From: Camelus dromedarius
Lineage: Eukaryota
Direction of reading: 5' to 3'
Assembly: GCF_036321535.1 (NCBI RefSeq)
Contig: NC_087441.1
Location: 29,264,001 to 29,328,000 of the forward strand
Length of the DNA: 64,000 nucleotides
Positions within the stretch are counted from its first letter, which is position 1, and each line of letters begins with the position of its first letter. Of this stretch, positions 1-11,470 are shown in pieces. Under the pieces are notes generated by a model. That model was not told the DNA's origin and made no database searches. It was given only the letters and a program-made list of their open reading frames with translations. The position numbers and the translations under genes were made by a program.

Positions 1-325
1 GGAAGCAGTCCTTCCTTTGCCCTAAGTCACAAAAGATGATCTCTCTTACTCATTTTTCTATTAAGTTTAGTTTTCACATTCATGTTTAGATCTTTCTGGA
101 GCCCATCTTCCTATATGATATTAAGTAAGGATCTCCATAGAGTGAGTCATTCTTACACCACCAATTACTAAAAAGTCCAACCTTTTTCCATTGGTTTATG
201 GTGGCACTTTTATTGTATGTTAAGTTCCCCAATAGATTTTCAGTCTCTCTTATTCCATTGGTCTCTTAATCTATTCTTATACCATTGCCACATTACATTT
301 GATCACTTAATATTACTTAGTATCA
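1..325 (-). mobile_element. Old L1 (L1M-type) fragment, distal ORF2 region
   Basis: Resembles the antisense distal L1 ORF2 segment also seen at ~25530-25800 (ttcacattt/catgtttagatct ... ttccattggtct). Boundaries approximate. Confidence 0.6.
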
Positions 326-339
326 TTTAGCACTTAGTG

Positions 340-1485
340 TAGAGACATCTCTTGGGCGGTTCACCCTCATCTTCTGGAATAAGGAGAAGAACAAGCAGTC
401 CTTTCTCAGGAACCCATCCCTGGGACTCCTTTTTTAGTACCTGCCTTCTCCCAGGAGAACTGGAGTCTGGGTTAGGGGTTCTGAGTTCATGTGGGAGGTT
501 TGGACCAAGGGAGGGTTTCAAGCATCTGCCAGCACAAGGAGCAGCAGGTAAACTCTGTCTTGCTCTTGTGGGGAACCTGCTGTGACAGGATGGAGATGGC
601 CTGGGGGGATCCTGCTTCTGTCCTCCTGACCCTGGGGTGAAGGTGGGGGTGACATCCAGTTGACATAGGACACTGGACCCTGGACACTCACACTGACACA
701 GCCTGATGCACATCCTTTCCTAGGAGTCTCTTCATCCAGAGGATTTCCTTGGTGATCCTCTTTGGGCCTCTACCAAATGCCCTATTTGAAAAATCAGGAT
801 GTAAACATACTTTTAAAATGCTTCATTTCTTCTTTAATGCTATTTGACAAATGCACACATTTTCTTTCCTTAAGATACTGAGGTTTCTTTCAGCCAGTAG
901 AGCCTTCAACTTATTACCATGAACTTTTCACTCATGGGATATAAGCTGACTTTGATAATAGTCAATGCTTCTTTCAAATTCTTCTGTAAAAAACTTGGCT
1001 CGAATCTTTCATGTGTCCACCTCTTCACATTTATGCCTGATCTTTTCATCCACTTTGAAAAGATTCTCCTCTGTCTTTATGGAGTAAATCAATTCTGAAT
1101 TGGATATTTGAACATTATTTAGTTTTCTTGAAGCAGTACAGGAAGGACTTTGAATTTTCTACAGGAGCTTTTGCTTTTTCTTTTTTTCCTAATTGCTGTG
1201 AAGTCCTTTCAGTTTGGAAGCAATTAATGTGATTTTTAAGTGCATAGATTTTTCTCTATATCAGTTAATTTAATCTACATTTTGTTTCTTTTTAAGAGTT
1301 TTAAATAAGTAGCGTAATCCAATCAGTTTCTTCAAAATTCTTTTTGATATCTTCTCAGAGATTTTCATTTTATGCATGATTTGTTATATCAAGTTTCTAC
1401 AGTTCATGTCACCTTCCCCAGAAATAGCCATCACTCTAGTCTTTCAGTTCCTTGCTTATCATCTATTTAGTGGTTCTCTTCATTA
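340..1485 (-). pseudogene. Processed pseudogene derived from CTAGE5/MIA2 (cTAGE family), coiled-coil to proline-rich region
   Basis: Minus frame 1083-823 reads SIKTEENLFKVDEKIRHKCEEVDT*KIRAKFFTEEFERSIDYYQSQLISHE*KVHGNKLKALLAERNLSILRKENVCICQIALKKK, matching recalled cTAGE5 [71 protein letters not shown]. Flanking shifted frames give LKKLI, HINCFQTE, KFKVLPVLLQEN, AFGR, GNPLD, PQEQDR, NPDSSSP. No introns; stops at 1009-1011 and 928-930; several frameshifts. Confidence 0.85.
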
Positions 1486-2530
1486 TTGAAAGTGACATAT
1501 TAAAATCCCTAACTATTATTATTGAGTTGTTTCTTTCTTCAGTTCTGTCGGTTTTTGCCGCATGATTTTTGAGATGCTGTTGTTAGGTGTACATAAGTTT
1601 ATAGCTCTTATATCTTCCTAGTGTTATATCTTCCTAATGGAATGTTCTATCTTCCCATTTTAAATATCATTTTTTTGTCTCTAAGAACAATTTTTGTCTT
1701 AAAGTTGATTTTCTCTGATGTTTATATAGACATACTGTCTCTTTTAGTTATTGCTCACATGGTATATCTTTTCCCATTTTTCTACCGTCAATCTACTTGT
1801 GTCTTTGAATCTAAAGTGCATCTCTAGTAGACAGCATAAAGGTGGATCATTTTAAAAATCCAGTCTGTCAATTACCTAATGCAATTACTGATAAGGTAGG
1901 ATTTATGTCTGCTATTTGTTTTCTATATGTCATATCTTTCTTGTTACTTTATCCCTTAATTACTGCATTCTTTTTTTGTGTTTAAGTAGATGTTTTCTAG
2001 TGGTTTTAATTTCCCTTATTGTTTCTTTAGTAAATAAACATTTTTAGTTATTTCCTTAGTGGTTGCCCAGGGGATTACAACTAACATCTTGATTTATAAT
2101 AATCTAGTTTGGATTAATTCCCCCATTTAATTACAATAGCATATAAAAACTTTGCACCCTTCTCTCCTTTTGTGCTGTTAGTTAGATAAATTTTATACAC
2201 TGTATGCACATCAACACAATTTATAACTATTGCTTCATGCAACTGTTTTTAAAACAAGATGGGAGAAAGAGTTGCCAACAGAAAATACATTTATACTTTC
2301 TTTTATATTTACCTATGTAGTGACCTTTATCAGTGTTCTATTTTCTCACATGGATTTGAGTTATAATCTAATGTTTCTTCACTTTAGCTTGGAGGACTAT
2401 CTTTATAATTTCTAGTAGGACAGATCTGCTAGTGACCAATTGTCTCTCTTTTATTTATCCAGGAATGTCTTAAGTCTCTCTTTCATATTGAAGGATGTTT
2501 TGCCGGATATAGAATTCATTTAGGGAATTT
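1485..2530 (-). mobile_element. Old L1 (L1M-type) fragment: ORF1 end, inter-ORF and ORF2 endonuclease region
   Basis: Typical antisense endonuclease-region text (ttcttcagttctgtcggtttttgccgcatg...gctgttgttaggtgtacat) followed by T-rich inter-ORF/ORF1 antisense sequence. Confidence 0.7.
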
Positions 2531-2719
2531 TTTCTGGTTTGAGAACTGGGTGTTCTGGTGTTCAGTTATTACTGTTTTGGCTGTAGCTCAGAGGAAACCC
2601 TGTCTGAAATTGAGTAAAACTATAAGAGCTGTGCTCTCACATAACAAGGAACCCAGAGGTAGGTGAGGGTGGACGTGATTGCTGTTCACCAATTTAATAA
2701 GTTTGTCTCCTCCAGACAG

Positions 2720-3020
2720 TCAGCAGGGCTGTACTTCTCATCTTCCTGGAAGGGAGATGTGGCCATGAGACTGACTCTGACTAATGAAAGGTGAGCAGAA
2801 GTGATGGGGGCACTGAAGACCCAGTACGCAGTGCCCCATTTTTCCCTGTTCTTTGGCAATGATAACTGACATTCTAGATGGTGGAGCCAGTTTTTTGGGT
2901 GAAGAGGATGAGGATCTGGGCCCAAGATGGACATTTCCCACGAGTGATAAGCTTCTGTTGCTCTTAGGTCTGGGGGTTCTTAGGCAGAGCGGCAGCATCT
3001 TGCTCATCCTGAGTAATGCC
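2720..3020 (+). mobile_element. MaLR LTR fragment (MLT1J-like)
   Basis: gtggccatgagactgactctgactaatgaaaggtgagcagaagtgatg and a 3' end ...gcagcatcttgctcatcctgagtaat, resembling MLT1 LTRs. Confidence 0.55.
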
Positions 3021-3634
3021 AGCGGCCCCAGGCATGGCATGGCAGGCTTTGGATCCATGCCTCACCGATTCTCCTGTTCCTGGGCAAACTTCCTCAAGTG
3101 ATGGAGGCATTTTTGAGCATCTGGGTGATCTGCCATCCTCCCCAGGAATTTCACGCTCTGTGTACTATATCTAGGTTGGTGAGACCTGTGAAAAGTATTG
3201 CCATGTCATAATAAAAATGCTTAAAACATGGGGAAACACTATTTCACTTTAAGTACAAGTACCTAGTTTTAATTTTTTTTTCAGATAATTTATTTAGAGA
3301 TTCTTTCCAGTTCTTCAGTTCTAGGAGTAGATTATCTCCATTATCACCTTAGTTGTAAGAACTTTTCTCAGTCTGAAACATGAAGAAAACAAAACTAATA
3401 TTTTGCCTGATTCTGATGTGAAATGTCTTATCAAATATACACTGGGAATATCTAGGCAGTTTATTTAGAGAGGTTAATTTGTGCTTTAAAAGAAAAAAAA
3501 AGGTTACACCCTACCTGGAACAGCAATGCAGGAGTTTAATAAATGATTATAGGGTGTTCTTGCATCCAAAATCCTCCAAATACATGTTAAGTTAACTAAC
3601 TGCCAGGTGTTCAGTTACTAACACTGTATTTATA

Positions 3635-4446
3635 CAGTAGTCCTTCATTATCCATAGTTACACTCTCGGAGGTTTTAATTACCAGTGGTCTGAAAATATT
3701 AAATGGAGAATTGTAAAAATAATTCATAAGTTTTAAATTGCATGCCATTCTGAGGAGTGTGATGAAATACCTCACTTCCACACTGTCCCACCTGGGATGT
3801 GAAGCGTCCCTTTGTCCAGCATATCCTGCCATTAGTCACTTGTAGCCACCACTGTTATCAGATGACTGTGGCGGTATCACAGTGCTTGTGTTCAGTTAAC
3901 TCTAATTTTACTTAATAATGACACCAAAGCTCAAGGGTAATTGTGTTGGCACTTCAGCTATGCCAGGGAAGCCATAAACTGCTTCATTTCAGTGGAAACT
4001 TGGAAGTTCTCACTTTCATTAAGAAAGGAAAAAAATCGTACGCTGAGATTGCTAGGATCTATGGTACGAATGAATCTTCCATCCATAAGATTGTGGAAAA
4101 AGAAATTTGTGCTAGTTTTGCTGTTGTACCTCAAACTGCAAAAGTCACAGCCACAGTGAGTAGTAAGTGCTTAGTTAGGACAGAAAAGGCATTAAGTTTG
4201 TATAAGATATTGAGAAAGAGAGAGACCACATTCACACAAATTTTATTACCCTATATTATTATAACTGTTCTATTTTTTTTTAGTTATTATTGTTCATCTC
4301 TAACTGTGCCTAATTTATAAATTAAACTTGATCATAAGTATGTATTAAGGGAAAACCACAGTATATACAGAGTTCAGTACTGTCTGCATTTCATGCTTCC
4401 AGTAGGGGTCTTAGAATGTGTCCTCTGCAGGGAAGTGGGGCTACTG
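3635..4446 (+). mobile_element. MER44/Tigger7 (TcMar-Tigger) internally deleted DNA transposon
   Basis: TA-flanked termini cagtagtcc...ggggctactg. Internal frame KKGKKSYAEIARIYGTNESSIHKIVEKEICASFAVVPQTAKVTATV resembles the N-terminal HTH of a Tigger transposase. A second copy lies at 53677. Confidence 0.85.
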
Positions 4447-5524
4447 TAATTCACTTCTCTCAGAACATTTTCTTCTCATACTTATTGGGAATATATGTAC
4501 CCTATAACTTTGAAAGTCACAAAGTCCTTTTGTGTGTTAGCTTTCTTTGGCTTAGAAATAAAATGTAATTGAAAGTCATGCAAAAACTGCTTAGATAATC
4601 AAATGCTAAGAGTATCTGCTAGGTTCCTTTGAATAGATTTTTAATGATATACTTAGAATTATTAAATTTTCATAACTAGATACTTCCTTTGCAAACTTAT
4701 TCAGATTGCAGGATGTAGAACAAAATTACGTTTAAGAAAAGTTGAGGTTAGTTTTTATTCATCTCTGGGGGAGAAGGGGAATTATAAATGTATCTTTGAA
4801 ATCATGCCGTGTCTTACTCCTTCAAAAGCAGTCTCAATTTTCTGTTGAGATATAACCTAGAAATACTGTCCTCCTCATTCCCTGCACCTGCTGCCGGCTT
4901 AGACTAAAAGCTGGCTGGAGCTGAGCTTTCTGCTGTTCCACTCAACCCCGGAGGTGCTGCAGTCACTGTGATGCTGGAGAAGAGAGCCTCTCCACGTGAC
5001 CAGCCTGGTGCGATACAGGAGGCAGGGCATAAGCTTGTCACCCAGTTTATTTGGGTCCAACTCAAGTTAATGTTCTGGTTGATTTATGCTGATTCCTTTG
5101 AAGTCACGAAGCCCACAGGTGACTCCTACAGTTCCCCTTCATCTGTTGGCATTCCTTGGCCAGGAGAGATCTGTTCCCTGCTTCATGTCCTCTCCCTTTG
5201 ATTACGTTTTCAGCACCACCCCTCCGCCCCCAATCTATCTACAGATACCCAGCAGTCTGCTCTGCTGCTACTGGTCTGTAAGATTCAGATGTTTCTCATC
5301 CACTGGTTCCCTCAGTGTGCACTACAGAGGAAGCCAGCCTGTCAGAAGGAGGACATCCGTTTCCTTGGAGAAGTGGGGAGCTACACTAATACGGGCTGAA
5401 TTCGTGCTCGCCGTATGAGTGCATTATTGAGTGTGCAGTCACAGCCCATAATTCAAGTTTTCATGAAGCATTAAACTGCCACTTGAAACGTGGAACATAT
5501 TAATATTTTGAAACTATTTTGCAG

Positions 5525-5725
5525 AAGGAAGCTGTTTATTTAGATTCTGAGGTAGATGAACATATTAACTGGTTCCAACAAGAATATGTGAAAACAGAAA
5601 AGGACTGGAGAGAAGTTGATAGAAGGATGAGCCAGACTTTGGAAATAAGAAGAAAGCTAATCAGCAGCAGAACACCTCTGAAGGACATTCTTCAGATGTT
5701 TCCTTTCCTGAAGTGCCCTTATCAG
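5525..5725 (+). CDS. SAMD3: SAMD3 coding exon, 4th from last (201 nt, phase 0/0): KEAVYLDSEVDEHINWFQQEY...FPFLKCPYQ
   Basis: ttttgcag|AAG acceptor, CAG|gtatct donor; 67 codons closely matching recalled human SAMD3 EEAVCFDSELDEHIKWFQQEYVKTEKDWRE...KCPYQ. Confidence 0.95.
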
Positions 5726-6727
5726 GTATCTTTATTTGCTTCTAATACTCCGATTAGAGTGTCCAGATTGATTTTTCTCTTTCCCCTTGGAGTGGAGCGA
5801 GATGGTTGTTGTGAATCACAGTCGAATATGTGAGGCCCAAGGGGCTACCCCCAGGACTCTTTAGTAAGACTTTGGGATCATATTCTGATGATACACACTG
5901 GCTGCCTTCAGATTTAAAGAGTTCGCCCTCATTGGACACGTTGTGGAGCCTGGGACTCCACTTACTCTGGGGTAGTTTGACAGTGGGAAACAGTTTCCCT
6001 TTCATGCATTTAGACAATCAAGATAGTTATCAGAGGACTGTTAGTATATAATATTACTCAGAATCTATTTCCTTTATGATCCCAAGTCATTTCATAAAGT
6101 GGTCTTAAAACATACGACGTTTAATGGGTAAATTAAACAGTTTACCATTTAGTTTATTTAAAGTGGCCATTAAAGGGTCCTACTACAATTGTAGCTGTAG
6201 TATATAATGAAAAACTCGTCAGAGTACATTTCATGGAAGAATTCTGTGGGTGCAATCGACCAAACGGGAAATGAAGAGTTTCACATGCTTTTCTCCCCCC
6301 CCAAAAAAACTGAAGTAAGAATTTGCCTGCATATTTTATTTTAATAATAACATTTATAGCAAACATCTACGTGTTTATTATTAGTAGCAGGCATGCTCTC
6401 AATGCTTTACATGGATTGTTTTATTTAATTGTCTCTCTGTAACCCTACCTCATTTATTACTTTCTTTCTCCTTAATCTTTGGGTTGCTAGGAACAGTAAT
6501 AGCTGATAGCCTCTGGCTTTTAGAAGAGGATGCCAGATTGACACATGTACAAAATATACATTCAAAGCAAAACCTGTCAAACAGATGGTCTATAAACTCC
6601 TTAAATGTGAGGAGCATGTTCCAAACATTGTAGTATTTCCCAAAGTACTTCGAAGAGTACTATGTGTAAAATACAAATGAAGTACTGATTTTTTTTTTTA
6701 ATGCTGAATGAGTTAGTAGATGGTTGG

Positions 6728-7069
6728 TGTCTTAGTCCATTCCAGATGCTATAACAAAAATACCATAGACTGAGTAGCTTAAACAATAGAAATGTATTTC
6801 TCACAGTTCTAGAGTCAGGAAGTTCAAGATCAAGACACCTGCAGAGGCAGTGTCTGTGAGAGCCCCTTTCCTCCTAGCTGTCACCTTACAGAGATGAAGG
6901 GGCAAGCTAGCTCTCAGGGGGCTTTTGTATAAGGGCACTAATTCCATTTATGAGGGTGCTGTCCTCATGACCTCATCATCTCCCAGTGACCCCACCTCCT
7001 GATACCATCACATTGCTAGGTAATTTTGGGGGGTGGGGGTTGCGGGACACAAACATTCAGTCCATAGCA
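6728..7069 (-). mobile_element. Solo MaLR LTR (MLT1A/MSTD-like)
   Basis: TG...CA termini; the reverse complement starts tgctatggactgaatgtttgtgtccc; near-perfect 5-bp TSD gttgg (6723-6727) / gttag (7070-7074). Confidence 0.85.
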
Positions 7070-7567
7070 GTTAGTAAGGCTGCTCTGGTCACTGATGCTG
7101 CAGCCTTTGAGGTTTTCATTGAAGTGCAGCCTACAAAGTTTTAGTGATTAAAGCAGATGAGCTACGGTTCAGCAACCTTTCAAAGAATCATGGTTGATAG
7201 TAAATGTGGGGTCCATTATAGCCTGAATGAAGGGCAGAGGGATTTCAGATCAAAGGCTGTCTGTCTCCTGCTCTGTCTAGGTCTCCCACCCTGGCATCTG
7301 TAAATCATTTCCTCCCATTCCCTCAGGTATTTCACCCTTTGTATCCAAAATGCAGGCTGAGGTATAGCTTTGGCAATGACTGTACTTGCTGAATAAAGTT
7401 GGCTCTACTTGTTGTTTTAAACAAAAGGTTTAAATGTTTGATGCTTCTTCAGGAAGTACCTCCCTAACTCAGCCTCCTGTGACTAGCTGGGATGTAGAAT
7501 TTATAACACTCTTACTGTGTTTCTGAAAATAAAGCAAGCTTGACTTTACTTAGAAATCCAGTTAAGC

Positions 7568-7690
7568 GGGGAGGGTATAGCTCAAGTGGTAGAGTGTGTG
7601 CTTAGCATGCCCGAGGTACTAGGTTCCATCCCCAGTACCTCCATTAAAAAAACAAACAAACAAACAAACAAAAACAACTCAAAAAATACC
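7568..7690 (+). mobile_element. Camelid tRNA-derived SINE (Vic-1-like)
   Basis: ggggagggtatagctcaagtggtagag...ggttccatccccagtacctcca with an A-box and a degenerate B-box, no tRNA 3' acceptor stem, and an A-rich/(CAAA)n tail. Confidence 0.85.
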
Positions 7691-8139
7691 CAAATCCCTA
7701 TAGGAGGACAGCTGTCCCTTCTTCAAACCTCCCCCATCAGCTATTGCTACCACCAGTGTGAAAACACCTGGTGACGTGCTTGGGGATGCAGGTGTGGTGG
7801 AGTAGAAGCAGCCACTGGGGGAAGCTGGTCCCAGGAGTTCACACAGACTATCCACCACCACCAGCACTCATCATTGCCCTCCTCTCAAAAAACTGTCAAC
7901 AGGAAAATAAAAAACTTGAAAAATGTACTTTATGAGACTATCTAAAATATTATCAACTAGCAATTTGTTACTGGGACCCAGTGGATGTTGGAACTGACAA
8001 GCTGGAAGATGTTCTGAGGGACAAAATACCAAACTCAAATTTAAATGATTCCTCAAATTTTCCAACAAATCTTTTGTGATGCTCCAGTCTTCACCTTATT
8101 GAGAAACGATTTCAACAACAGAACAATAACACCAATGTA

Positions 8140-9270
8140 GCAATGTGCACATCTAGGGCTAAAATCTTAGTTTAGAAAAATCATTCTCCATTAAAAGGTA
8201 CCCAGGGCTCTTGGGAAAGTAGCTGACTCTAAGGCTGGGGCAGGAAAAAACACAAGATGAGCCTGAAATATTGTGTAGTGTCAGAAATTAAGGACATGCT
8301 CACAGAATGTCAAAAAGACACAGGAGTCAGCTTGAAGCAGCTCCTATTGGCCAAATCTGGACAATCTGAGCTTTAATATAAATAATAAAAGGACCACATA
8401 TATGGTCATTTGAGTAAAATGGAAATTTATTATTCTGTAGTGATATAAATAAATAAATAATTAACATGGGGGAAAAGAAAGCTATGCCTCAGAATAGAAA
8501 GCCAGTAAATTTAGAAAGAATGACAGGATTTGAAAAATCACCATTTGGCAACTATCATAGTAATATCTGATTCAGGCATGGATCATTAGTGGATGCTAAA
8601 TCTTATGGATGAAAGTTACAGGAGGGACAAGATACTTAGGTCAACTAGAGTTACCTTTCTATAAAACACAACTATGAATAAATATAACATATATGTTAAT
8701 TAACCTGGCAGAAGACATCTTAACCAAGTGATAAAAGTATCTTCAATGATGGGACAAATTACCATCTTCTCGATGGAGTGAGAAGTGCCAGCATTCTTGC
8801 CAAAAATACACAAATCATGAAAAAACATCATACAGACCTAGAATGAAGGACGTTCTGCAAAGTTATTGGCCTCCACTTTTCAGAAACATCGAGGAATATA
8901 AGGAAAGCTAAGGTGCTGTTTCAGACTGGAGGGGACTAAACAAACATGTCTAAATCTCACATGTGTTCCTGGATTAGATCCTGGACTTACAAAGCATGTG
9001 AGTGCAACAACTGGCAAGCTTGCATGAGGTCCTTGGATTAGCTTTTCCTGATTTTGATGGTTATGCTGTGGTTATACAGGAGAGTGTCCCTGCCCTTCCT
9101 AAGTACAAGGACTAATAATACACAATGAAGATTTAAGGGTTAAGAGGGCGTCATGTCTACAGCTCACTTTCAGATGGATCAGAAATGTTAGCATTTGGGG
9201 AAGTTGCATGAAGGGCACTTGTGAGCTCTATTTACTCTTTCTGCAACTTTAATATAAATTTGACTTTTTT
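8140..9270 (+). mobile_element. Old L1 3' UTR fragment (L1MC/L1MD-type)
   Basis: Characteristic L1MC-type 3' UTR text (aaaaggtacccagggctcttggg...; cttaaccaagtgataaaagt; gtgttcctggattagatcctgg). Confidence 0.7.
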
Positions 9271-10270
9271 TTTTTAAGTTCTAAAAAATTCCTAGGCTAT
9301 GCACTAAAGATAGTGGGCAATATTTACCCTCCTTATGCTTCACTTCACATCTCCCTACTGAGAGAGGTTCTTTTTAGGGTGTTAATCTAGATTAGTGGTC
9401 CACTGAGAGTTGCCTGATAACAGAGCCACTGCACCTTTTCGAGTATGCATTCCAGTTTTCTGATAACTTAATTTTTGGACCTTATCTTTGGGCAATTTAT
9501 GATCCACCAAAATATTCAAGAAACGATGAGACCCAGTGGGTAATATGTAACTGTTCTTTAGAGTTTTAGGAAAGTGATGATTACATAATTGCTACTTGTG
9601 TGGGTAATGAACAGTCTTTTAATACCACTCTATCAAAAAAAGTCGGGAGGAGGACAGTGGTGGTGGAATTCTCTGAAGAGAAGAATTTAGACAGTGGTAG
9701 GAAGAGGTGTTTTTGAGTAAAGGGGTTTCCATACAGGTAAACTGGTTTTGCTTTTATCTTGTAGTCAAACCTACACTTGAATTGTTTGTCACCCTTTGTC
9801 TCTGTCTGATCGTACAGTCTTTAAAGTTCTTTCTCCTTTAGGATACCATGGTTAGGTATTTTTTAAGGTTGGCTTTCTAAAATCTGACTATCATCTTCTT
9901 TTGCCTCCTGTTCGACACTGCCGAAACATACCAATGTAGTTTACCTAAAGGAATGTAAGATCCCATAATATTAGTGGGGGTCACCCAAACAGCCAAAATA
10001 TGCATTATGTACTTTGTAACCCTCGTTTACTTGAGTCTGCATCCAGTTTTAATCCTACAGGCTTAGAAGTTTATCGTGTCCATTATCTTTTCTTATTCAC
10101 TTAAGGCTTTCATTCTTTTCTCCTCCTCTGTCCTAAGTCTTCACTTCTGCACTAAAGATAATCAAATATCTAGTATATAGACTAGCATTCAAAGCTTAAT
10201 ATAATTCTAAAGAGTAATTTACTTCCTTACATTCTATACATTAGCTTTTCTTGTAATCTTTTCCTTTCAG

Positions 10271-10442
10271 ATGTTCAGAGAATTCCAGCTTCTCACAAGA
10301 ACAGATATTTATAAGAAAACAAGGCACATTTTGGAATCCTATTCGGAAAATATACTGGCTTCTTTTTCTTTGGTGGACAATCCAATCAATATTGCATTGC
10401 AAGAAAAAGTGAAACAGCATACAGATGAAGACACGTTGAAAC
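10271..10442 (+). CDS. SAMD3: SAMD3 coding exon, 3rd from last (172 nt, phase 0/1): MFREFQLLTRTDIYKK...DEDTLK
   Basis: ttcctttcag|ATG acceptor, AAAC|gttagt donor; matches recalled SAMD3 MFREFQLLTRTDIYKKTRHILESYSEN. Confidence 0.95.
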
Positions 10443-10953
10443 GTTAGTAAACCTGGGGGATAGGGTAATCTGGTCTCTGTTATCTGTGTAATTCAGGATA
10501 ATTAGGAAAGGTATACGCTGGTAATAAGTAAAAATTCAGTGAAACAGCATATGGAAAAGAAAAAAAATTCTCAAATAGGAGGAGTTGAGGTATAGATTTA
10601 AAAAGTACACTCGATACTGTAAAATTGTATTTAGGAAACTAATAACCTGTTAGTTTCGCACACAAGGTAATTTACAAACCACAAGGGTAAAGTACAACGA
10701 AATCATCCTGGCTGATGAGCAGAGTACTGAACTCTTATCTTCTGGCAGTGATCTGGAGGGCAGAACAGGAGATCTTGAATGTTTAGTAGAAGGGGATGTT
10801 GGTCAAAAAAATTAGTAAGGAAACACTGACCTAAGGAAGGCTAGTGTGTTCTCTGCAGAAGGTGACAATTAAAAAATCCACGTGTTTTTACACTTTGCTG
10901 ACAGTTGTAAGAAATTAGTTTTACTTGGACTGTAAGCATGTTTGCTTTGACAG

Positions 10954-11036
10954 ATATGAAGATGACAGCCATGTGCTTACTCCTACCAGATGTTTTTGGG
11001 GAGGATCCCAGCCTTTTTGTCATTTTGAATGAGAAG
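10954..11036 (+). CDS. SAMD3: SAMD3 penultimate coding exon (83 nt, phase 1/0): (H)MKMTAMCLLLPDVFGEDPSLFVILNEK
   Basis: tttgacag|AT acceptor, AAG|gtatgt donor; phase completes the CAT codon with the previous exon. Confidence 0.95.
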
Positions 11037-11242
11037 GTATGTCAGTGATCATTGGTTTGACATTTCATATCTTTGTATGGTAATTTATTTGAAGTAGGTT
11101 GGTGGCCTGCTGTTTATTTACAAATATGCTTAATTACAACAAGCTCACTTATTGTAATATCTTGGTTAAATTGAGGCACCTTGTATTATTCAGCTATTTC
11201 ACACATCATGCAATGGTGACTCTATTGTAGTCTTTTTTTCAG

Positions 11243-11470
11243 GTGCAAGTGTCCACACCTGTGTTAGAAGTTAAGAACCCTTTCAACAGGGATGTTTGCG
11301 AATTTTCTCTGTATTTAGAAAAAGAGAGACTCACAAAGGTGGATGACTGTGTTACAGCTTTGGCTTCTCTCATAGCTGCCTTCCATGTATTTGGGATCCA
11401 GTGTCCAAGAAAACTGTCCCAAACCCTCAACTTCCTAGAGACACTGATTTTTGATGAGCATAGTCCATGA
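11243..11470 (+). CDS. SAMD3: SAMD3 last coding exon: VQVSTPVLEVKNPF...LETLIFDEHSP* (stop earlier than in human)
   Basis: tctttttttcag|GTG acceptor; TGA at 11468-11470; matches the recalled SAMD3 C-terminal region up to HSP. Confidence 0.93.
   Translation: MQVSTPVLEVKNPFNRDVCEFSLYLEKERLTKVDDCVTALASLIAAFHVFGIQCPRKLSQTLNFLETLIFDEHSP

Noticed and set aside
327-713. 128-aa minus ORF and overlapping ORFs
   Set aside because: These are out-of-frame pieces of the decayed cTAGE retrocopy, not an independent gene.
2686-3101. Three overlapping ORFs that looked like an antisense ribosomal-protein pseudogene
   Set aside because: No consistent protein match was found; the DNA fits an MLT1-type LTR.
5726-5833. 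SAMD3 frame continuing 35 codons past the donor
   Set aside because: Similarity to SAMD3 stops exactly at the GT donor, and the next exon continues the frame; this is an ordinary intron extension.
7568-7643. Possible tRNA gene
   Set aside because: It lacks a tRNA 3' acceptor stem, has a degenerate B-box and an A-rich tail, and has a second diverged copy at 43508, so it is a SINE.
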